DNA from: Eledone cirrhosa
Taxonomy: Eukaryota
Assembly (NCBI GenBank): GCA_964016885.1
Contig: OZ024741.1
Span: 216,380,001-216,444,000, forward strand
DNA length: 64,000 bases
Reading direction: 5' to 3'
Shown here piece after piece: positions 55,481 to 64,000 of the stretch (positions are counted from its first letter, which is position 1; each line of letters starts with the position of its first letter). Both the position numbers and the translations under genes were made by a program. Under the pieces are notes generated by a model. It had not been told where the DNA came from. It saw only the letters and a program-made list of their open reading frames with translations, and did not search any database.

Positions 55481-55841
55481 TTAAACCATATTTTATCTTC
55501 ATACTTTGCAAATCTCGTTTTCTGTTAAATTTCGGCTTCCCTGATAAGGTACCAAGGTACGCTATATTGTTACACAACCTTTAGTTATAAACGTGAAATT
55601 AATATGACTTTGTGTGAGCATATTCAGGCGTTTGTCTTTTTTAATCATGAACAATATATATATATATGTGTGTGTGTCTGTGTGTGTGCGTGCGTGCATG
55701 TGTGTGTATGTATATGCTTATATATATATATATATATATAGTTATGTAATAAACAACATCAGATAATTATTTCATTTACCAGTGGTTTCTTGAAAACAGA
55801 TGTTGAGTCTGTCTTCCTGTACCTTTCTGATGGAAATACTT

Positions 55842-55951
<110 letters not shown>

Positions 55952-55978
55952 AATAGATAGATAGATTTCTTTATTTGC

Positions 55979-56037
<59 letters not shown>

Positions 56038-56283
56038 AAGGAATTGTGGTAACGAACCAGATGGGCCATAACACACCAGAGTACTCAATACTTAGGGTAG
56101 TAGAGTGGGTAATAGGAAGATGTTTAACTCCGACGGCAGAGCTCAAGCCGTTTCGACGGTTATTTCTGGACCTTCCTTAAAATGTTCTCCATCTCAGTTT
56201 TTTCGCAAACAGAAATAGCCGTCGAAACGGCTTGAGCGGTGCTGTCGGGGTTTAACTTCCTATATATATATATATATATATAT

Positions 56284-56670
56284 AGTTAAAAGAATAGAGG
56301 TGTAACACACAAGTTATGATATATTGGTAAACGGAAAAGAAAATGCTGACAAATTGTTCACAGTGAAAAATAGTTTAATTAGGAATAAGTGAGAATTAGT
56401 AATAGTATTGGTTAGTATTCAGTTTGGGTTTTAAGTTTTACCGATTGCGCATTTCTAATGCTTTTCAAAAATAATTTTGAGATAGAGCGTCCGTGATGTT
56501 TGCTCTAATCTGATTAGAGATTAGAGCAAACATCACGGCCGCTCTATCTCAAAATTATTTTTGAAAAGCATTAGAAATGCGCAACCGGTAAAACTTAAAA
56601 CCCAAATTGAATACTAACCAATACTATTACTAATTCTCACTTATTCCTATATAAGGTTTCGTTTACCAAT
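56284..56670. mobile_element. Palindromic pLTR-like family A copy (centre ~56515)
   Basis: Same architecture as 19090-19506. Confidence 0.85.
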
Positions 56671-56741
56671 ATATATATATATATAAAATTGAAAAAGTGA
56701 AGAATAACATGGTTAACAGTACAAAAAGGGAAATTTATTTA

Positions 56742-56842
56742 CAGTCTAACAATTGTTTCAATGATAAAAAAATTGCTAAACACTGAAAGCAGGACCACTC
56801 AATTTAAAATACATGTTAACCCCATCATATCCTCAGAGACTG
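56742..56842 (-). ncRNA. Type I hammerhead ribozyme with large helix II insertion
   Basis: cagtct-CTGAGGA-tatgat...atcatt-GAAA-caattg-TT-agactg; perfect 6-bp helix I, palindromic helix III. Confidence 0.7.
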
Positions 56843-57030
56843 AGAGAAAATATAAAAATATATGCGTAACCGGCAAATTTACAAATTCAAATTACCACAT
56901 CAATAAATAATATTAATAGAGATATTTCTAGAGATATTAATAGAGTCATGGTAGTGACTGAATATTAATAGTCATGGTAGTGACTGAATCTTAACCATCT
57001 ACTAAGTCAGCGTATGTCATGCATCATCTT

Positions 57031-57095
57031 ATTTTATCTGATGAGGACGTACTGTTGAAGATAGCTCAGTACCTCTGAAATATGTATAATAAAAT
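57031..57095 (+). ncRNA. Type I hammerhead ribozyme
   Basis: attttat-CTGATGA-ggacgtactg...cagtacctct-GAAA-tatgta-TA-ataaaat; 7-bp helix I. Confidence 0.7.
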
Positions 57096-57234
57096 ATACT
57101 TGATCACACGAATGTCTATTTTTGTTAATATTTTGACTTAATATTAATAACTCCGGAAAACCTCTACTGTTGAGTGCTTCCAATCTATTGTAAAACTCAT
57201 TCTTTGATTTATTCATTGAACCTTGTTTAACCTT

Positions 57235-57324
<90 letters not shown>

Positions 57325-57404
57325 CATACATATATGTATGTAAATATATATATATATATATAAGTTGTCGGAACTAAGATGAATATCTTCAAATCTATAT
57401 ATAT

Positions 57405-57485
<81 letters not shown>

Positions 57486-58014
57486 GTGCGTTGGTGATAT
57501 ATGTGGGCTTACGTGTGAGACTGTGTCCGTGTGTGTCTATCCACGTGTGTGTCTATTTGTGTGTGTATGTCCATGTGTGTGTGTGTGTGTGTGCGTATGT
57601 ATGTCTACGTATCTTTTTATGTCGAATTTCCACAAAACAATGGAGTTACGCCGACAGCATCGGCAAATAATTTGCTGTTAAGACGAAAACAATCGTAACG
57701 CTTTAGTTTATTTAATATTTTATTGTAACGTTTAACTGATGAAACATTGTTACAGCTTGTATTGTTTACAACAGTAATTAGTTTACACATCTTTACAATA
57801 GACTATTTAATAGCAAAAAATATATAATAGTAATAATATGATGATAGTAATGATAGTAAAACAAACTAGAGTGAGAGTAATGGCGGAACAAAGAGAAGAA
57901 AAGCAAAACAAAGCGTCAGGAAAAAGAAAGAAGAATAAATGACAAAACTATCGTAATAATGATATTAATAATTAGAAAAGAAATGAAAGTGTTTAGAATT
58001 TGTAAAACAAAAGA

Positions 58015-58230
58015 TATATCATATTATATTATATTATATTATATTATATTATATTATATTATAGTATAGTATATTGTGTTGTATTTTATTATGGTATATT
58101 GTGTTGTGTTATATTATATTATATTATATTATATTATATTATATTATATTATATTATAGTATATTGTATTGTATTTTATTATATTATTTTAGGATTTTAT
58201 TATAGTGTATTGTATTGTGTTATATTATAT
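58015..58230. repeat. (TATAT)n pentanucleotide microsatellite
   Basis: Direct observation. Confidence 0.9.
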
Positions 58231-58487
58231 TATTTTAGGAAACCTCGTCAATTGAATTATGTTATTACAAGATAAACTTTAAATGTTTAGATTTTTTTAT
58301 GAGAGGTCAAGATGAAAAATACTTCTATGGATTGTTTTATGAGTTCTGAAGGACGGAAAGAAAGGATAAACTGAAAAGCTTAAATGATTGGTATTTGTAC
58401 TAAGATGGTCATTAAAAAGGAAACTGACCAGTCAATTGATTATCGATTATCGAAGTATTTGATGTTATCATAATAGAATTTAGACAC

Positions 58488-58620
<133 letters not shown>

Positions 58621-58653
58621 TGTATATGTATATGTATATATATATATATATAA

Positions 58654-58975
58654 AGTTGAGTGGTTAGAGAATTGGATTCGCAATCGTAAGGTTGTGAGTT
58701 CGATTCCTGGACCAGGCGATGCGTTATGTCCTTGAGCAAGACACTTTATTTCACGTTGCTCCTGTCTTCTTGGATTTGCGACAGATAGATAGTATTAACA
58801 ATTGGAAAGACTAATGGAATATATTGACATCATCGGTGACCTGGGGAGGGGAAACTGGTATGCATGGGCGACTGCTGGTCTTCCACAAACAACCTTACCC
58901 GACTTGTGCATCGGAGGGGAACTTTCCAGGTACAAATCCCATGGTCATTTGTGACCGAAGGGGGCATTTACCTTT
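58654..58975 (+). mobile_element. tRNA-derived SINE family 2, followed by a family 1 SINE (58981-59160, minus)
   Basis: Matches 5580-5787; B-box and CORE-like block. Confidence 0.8.
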
Positions 58976-59819
58976 ATATATAATTGTTTCTACTTTTGGC
59001 ACTAGGCCAACAATTATCCTAGTGTATTACTGGTACTTTATTTTATCGACCCCATAAGGATGAAAGGCAAAGTTAACCTCTGCGGGATTTGAACTCAGAT
59101 CACAAAGAGCCGTAACTCTTTGCTGCAATGCATGGCGTCAGACCCTCTACCGATACTGCCGGAGTTTCTTAGAAAATGTAAAACTGCCAAATGCAGAATA
59201 TGATAATAAACTGAAGGTATTGCCATAAATAATAGGTTAAATAATCGGGTAAAATACCCCTATTGATGGGAAAATGTAGTCAGCAGTCGCTTCGATGAGT
59301 CGAACTTCCTACCTCCCAGTCTATATATGTCTATATATGTCTATATGTGCCACTAACAGCTGCCCTTATATTCCTGTATAGGATATATAACTACTGGATG
59401 TTCCTTATTACAAGTTGATAATTAAGTTAAGAGTATCTGTGGAAGGTAAATTTAATGAGAAGCTCCAACCTACTTCATTCCACTGCAGTCATTCCACTTA
59501 GCCTTTTAATGTCGTTGTTAAAGACATCAACTCATTACATACACATTACATACATTAATGCCTTGTTGTCCTCTATATAAACATTATATACACTTCTGTG
59601 TATATAAGAAACTGAACTCTTTAGAATACATATAATCATTAGAACATCTGACTGATAAAATGACAAGTCAGTCAATCATATTGGTGGCCTCCCCACAGCC
59701 CCGGTGGACAGCAAGGGAGGCGCGCTGAAAAAGCCATTCCATCTCGCGGGACTCACACCTGCGGCTGGCCAGCTCAGCGCCTATGGTGGTGAGTAGGGAC
59801 GTAGTTGGTTATTAACTGA

Positions 59820-60076
59820 GGTACTCTATACGGTACGACTACGAATGTTCCAGTTAATCCGATCAACGCAACAGCCAGCTCGGGGAATCAACGTGCAAGT
59901 GGCTGAGCATTCCACAAACACGTGTACCCTTATGGTAGTTCTGAGGGATATTCAGTGTGAAACAAAATATGACAAGGCTGGACATTCGAAATAACATGTA
60001 CAACTCAGTTTTGCCAGCTGATTGGACTGGATTCGAACTCACCACATTACGATTGTAAACCCTAACCACAAAGCCA
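59820..60076 (-). mobile_element. Degenerate tRNA-derived SINE, family 3
   Basis: Minus strand TGGCTTTGTGGTTAG...GAGTTCGAATCC head and GTTGATCGGATTAACTGGAAC tail. Confidence 0.55.
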
Positions 60077-60254
60077 CGTAACTTAACACAACATATAGCT
60101 TGTTACTGATACCATTGACAGCTACCCTTTACACGGTTCTGGAAAGTCCTTGGCTCTGTTTTTAGTTATACACACATACACTCACACGCACACACACATA
60201 CACACACGCGCGCGCGCGCGCACACCCACGCACCCACACGCGCGCACACGCACA

Positions 60255-60308
<54 letters not shown>

Positions 60309-60580
60309 TACACACTCATTCACAAGCAGGAACACACTCACATACACACTCACACACAAACAGACACACATTCATGCACGCATACATACATACAAACATG
60401 CATACATACATACATGCATACATAAATACATACATACATACATAGATACATACATACAAACATATATACATGCATGCATACATAAATACATACATACATT
60501 ACATATATACACCCGCACACATACACACTCACTAACATACACATATGCACATGCATGTATACATACTTATACATACATGC

Positions 60581-60615
<35 letters not shown>

Positions 60616-60782
60616 CACGCATATACATTCACATGCGCTGGCATGCATATATATATAATGGAAGACGCGCGTGCACACATATTCATACATACACATGTAC
60701 ATACATATATATGTGTGAGTGTGTGTGAGTGTGAGTGTGTATGTGTGTGAGTGTGTGTGCGTGTGAGTGTGTATGAGTGTGT

Positions 60783-60874
<92 letters not shown>

Positions 60875-61284
60875 CTGTGCCTGTTACGTATGTCGTGGAG
60901 TAAGCCTATGTCTCGTAACTTAACAGTCTGACACACAAGTACTTGATAAAACAAAAAGCAGACTTTAAAAGATCAAGTAAGTACTAATATCTATATGATC
61001 GATGAAATCATGGCAAAGCCCAAACATAGTCGCACCCAAAGGACTGAAACCTCCGAAAGATTAAATTAATGTGTTTAGTCTTTCTACTGATAAAAATATA
61101 TTTATATATTTTCAAGGGAAATAACTCTACATTTTTTCAAGGGAGATAACTCTACATATTTCCGAGTTAATTCCCGTGAAAGCTATTTTTCTTATCTTTT
61201 TTGTTATGAGATAATTTATTACGAAGTTGGGCTGAAACGTTCAGATCTTGCATGCATTAATTTCTTATTATTAATAAATGCATT

Positions 61285-62004
61285 AGGGCTGTGAATTGGC
61301 AGTATCGGTAGAGAATCGGACACCATGCTTTGCAGCATAGAGTTACGCCGCTTTACGGAATGAGTTCAAATCCCGCCGAGGTTAACTTTGCCTTTCATCC
61401 TTACGGTCGATAAAATAAAGTACCAGTAACGTACTGGAGTCAATTTAATCGACTTTCCTCTCCTCCCAAATTACTGGCCTTGTGCCTATACTAGAAATCA
61501 TTTTGGCAGTATCGGTAGAGGGTCGGACGCCATGCTTTGAAGCATAGAATTACGGCCCTTTACGGTCTGAGTTCAAATCCCGCTGAGGTTCACTTTGCCT
61601 TTCATCCTTACGGGGCTAGATAAAATAAAGTGCCAGTAATACACTGCGATAATTTGGTGGCCTTGTGCCAAAAGTAGACATAATTATTAATAAATGCTTT
61701 GAAACATAGAGTTACCTCCCTTTATGATCTGAGTTCAAATCCCGCCGAGGTTAACTTTGCCTTTCATCCTCACGGGGTCGATAAAATAAAGAACCAGTAA
61801 TGCACTGGGATAATTGCTGGCCTTGTGCCAAAAGTAGAAACAATTATTAATTGTTTCTACTTTTGGCACAAGGCCAGCAATTACCCTGTAAGGATGAAAG
61901 GCAAAGTTAACCTCGGCGGGATTTGAACTCAGAATGGCAAGAGCCGTAACTCTTTGCGTCAAAGCATGGCGTCCGACCCTCTACCGATACTGCCAATCCA
62001 CCAT
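61285..62004. mobile_element. Cluster of four SINE family 1 copies (three plus, one minus)
   Basis: Repeated cores; ttattaataaatgc recurs at ~61268, ~61684 and ~62014. Confidence 0.85.
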
Positions 62005-62068
62005 ATTAAACAATTATTAATAAATGCAAATAAGGCTTCAAAAGTAACTAGTAGCGACTTCTCTTGAA

Positions 62069-62443
62069 AATGGACAAAATTTGGCATCATTGTGTTATCA
62101 AGTATCTGCATGAAAAGGGCATGAAAAGGACATTCATGTTGACATGGTTGTTACATTAGGGGATGACGCTCCAGCTTTATCAACAGTGTAAAAGTTGGCA
62201 GCTGAATTTAGAAGTGGAAGAGAGAGTCTTGAAGATTACCTAAAATCTGGACGTCCTGCAACTGTCACCACCGTGGAAAATATTGATCGTGTTCACCACA
62301 TGGTGATGGATGACAGTCGATGGCCAATGTTATTAGCATATCCCGTGAGAGAGTTGAGAATATTCCACACAATGAATTTGGCATGATGAAGGTTTCTGCT
62401 CCATGGCTGCCACGTCTTCTAACACCTGATCAAAAGTGCACCA
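62069..62443 (+). pseudogene. Mariner (Mos1/SETMAR-like) transposase N-terminal fragment
   Basis: MDKIWHHCVIKYL...AAEFRSGRESLED...SGRPATVTTVENIDRVHHMVMDD...KVSAPWLPRLLTPDQK, with frameshifts. Confidence 0.85.
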
Positions 62444-62494
62444 TGTGTGTGCGTATGTATGCGTGTGTATGAGTAATTATTTTTTCTTTTTTTT

Positions 62495-64000
62495 TTTGAC
62501 TGGCCACCTTCCTGGTGGCAAGTTTGTGAAGAAAAGGAAATTGTCGCGTTCATTGTGTAAGCGTTCATCGTTTGAGCCGTAAGAATGTTTTATAGATTTT
62601 GAAGATTCCAGATACCATAGCCATTTGTAGCTTATGAATTAAAGAGCAACGTTTTTTCTCCACAAATCCAAGTTGAGTTATACTTCGGCCCAGGCCGGTT
62701 GGTATATAGCCTGTAGCTCCAATAATGACGGGTATGAAGTTGAACGTGTAGCCTAGACACTAGATCTGCAAACTCCTCATCTATGGTCCGTAGATATCCC
62801 CCTTCTCTTGCATTTTTCTTACCACATTAACATCAATTGGCCAATTGACTTCCACAACAGGGCATGTCTTTAAAATATAACACGCCAAAATATATACCAG
62901 AGAGATAAAAAAAAGTAAGCAAAAACAAAAGCCACCATCAATTCACCTCTAACCGGAAAATGAGATCGTAAAAGAGTAAATAAAAGAAAAAGAGAGGTTA
63001 TATGTCTTAATCGGTATGGTGAGCAAATGGGGTCCCACGTGCTAGCCTCCCCACAGCCCCGGCGGACGTGGTCTCAAACAAGAATATCAGTCTCGATGTG
63101 CTTTATTTTGGCGGCAGTTTTTATTCTTAAGTCCCACCAGTATTCCTTTGAGCGATCAGCTTCAACATTTTCCACCTTATTTGATTTGAATTTCGTCTTC
63201 CGTAATACATTTCTGATCATTCTCGCTACCACATTATTCCTCATGAAGAAGACATCCTTTCTCACTTAGTAATAATGTGGCTAGCGTCTCCGGTCTTTGT
63301 TTTATGCAGCCTACATTTATTATCAACTGATGACCTTTCTCTTTTGTACAGTAGGTACTTGGTGAGGATTTCTTGTTCTGGGGTTGCATGGAGGTATCAT
63401 TCACGTGGGTTGTTATGAACTTTTCAGAACACCATGTCAGGCTCTTTGTATGGTTTGTAGTCTAAAGTACCCATGTACAAGCTTCAAGGTGGATTGGTCT
63501 ATTTTTCTTTATTTCGTTCGAGCATTGAGTAATCTTCCAATGTTCCTGGGAGGGGGATTTGTATCAGCTTTTATTTTATGTCCTTCCTCTAGTTCAGTGG
63601 CTATCCTAACAATTTTATTATTTTCATGCAAATTAGGGTGGTGGGTTGGTAGTATCGGTAGAGGGTCGGACGCCATGCTTGCAGCATAGAATTACGGCCC
63701 TTTACGGTCTGAGTTCAAATCCCGCCGAGGTTCACTTTGCCTTTCATCCTTAAGGGGGTCGATAAAATAAAGTACCAGTAATGCACTGGGATATTTGCTG
63801 GCCTTGTGCCAAAGCTAGAAACAATTATTATTTTCATGCACATAAACCAGGGAAAGATGGCTGCTGACCTTTTTATTTACTGCTGAAGATGTTGCTTCAG
63901 TATACTATTCGTGTCTCGTATGATATTAATGTGGATTTTAGGTCCGGGCCACCCTCCTTGCATGAGAAATATAGCCTATCCACATAACCATTGATGTTAA
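62495..64000 (-). mobile_element. Fragmented R4/Dong-like non-LTR retrotransposon, interrupted by a SINE (63636-63830, plus)
   Basis: EYWWDLRIKTAAKIKH (63074-63265) and FNFIPVIIGATGYIP REL motifs; SINE TSD ttattattttcatgca. Confidence 0.7.

Noticed and set aside
61113-61155. Doubled AAGGGA(A/G)ATAACTCT motif (similar at ~7595)
   Set aside because: A short recurrent motif with no assignable function from this window alone.

Overview
Eukaryotic, AT-rich, repeat-saturated DNA with no recognisable host gene. The SINE families, mariner fragment and piggyBac-type MITE resemble octopod cephalopod repeats (inference from memory, not searched). (TA)n, (CA)n, (GA)n and (CATA)n microsatellites separate decayed retroelements: five Penelope-like elements (PLEs), RTE LINEs, R4/Dong- and CRE-type REL fragments, and tRNA-derived SINEs. 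DNA transposon remnants are also present (hAT/Buster, mariner, MITEs). The standout is a 6.2-kb array of near-identical 468-bp units at 31245-37420. Each unit carries a minimal type I hammerhead ribozyme (HHR), and the array switches orientation at ~34008 (6 minus-strand and 7 plus-strand ribozymes). A diverged relative at 20455-21260 has the same termini, an internal inversion and a compensatory helix I change. This looks like a non-LTR retrozyme (putative circular-RNA element). About 20 further HHR or HHR-like motifs from many PLE pseudo-LTR (pLTR) families lie next to (TA)n runs, often as fold-back mini-elements. All structures were read by eye, and boundaries are approximate.
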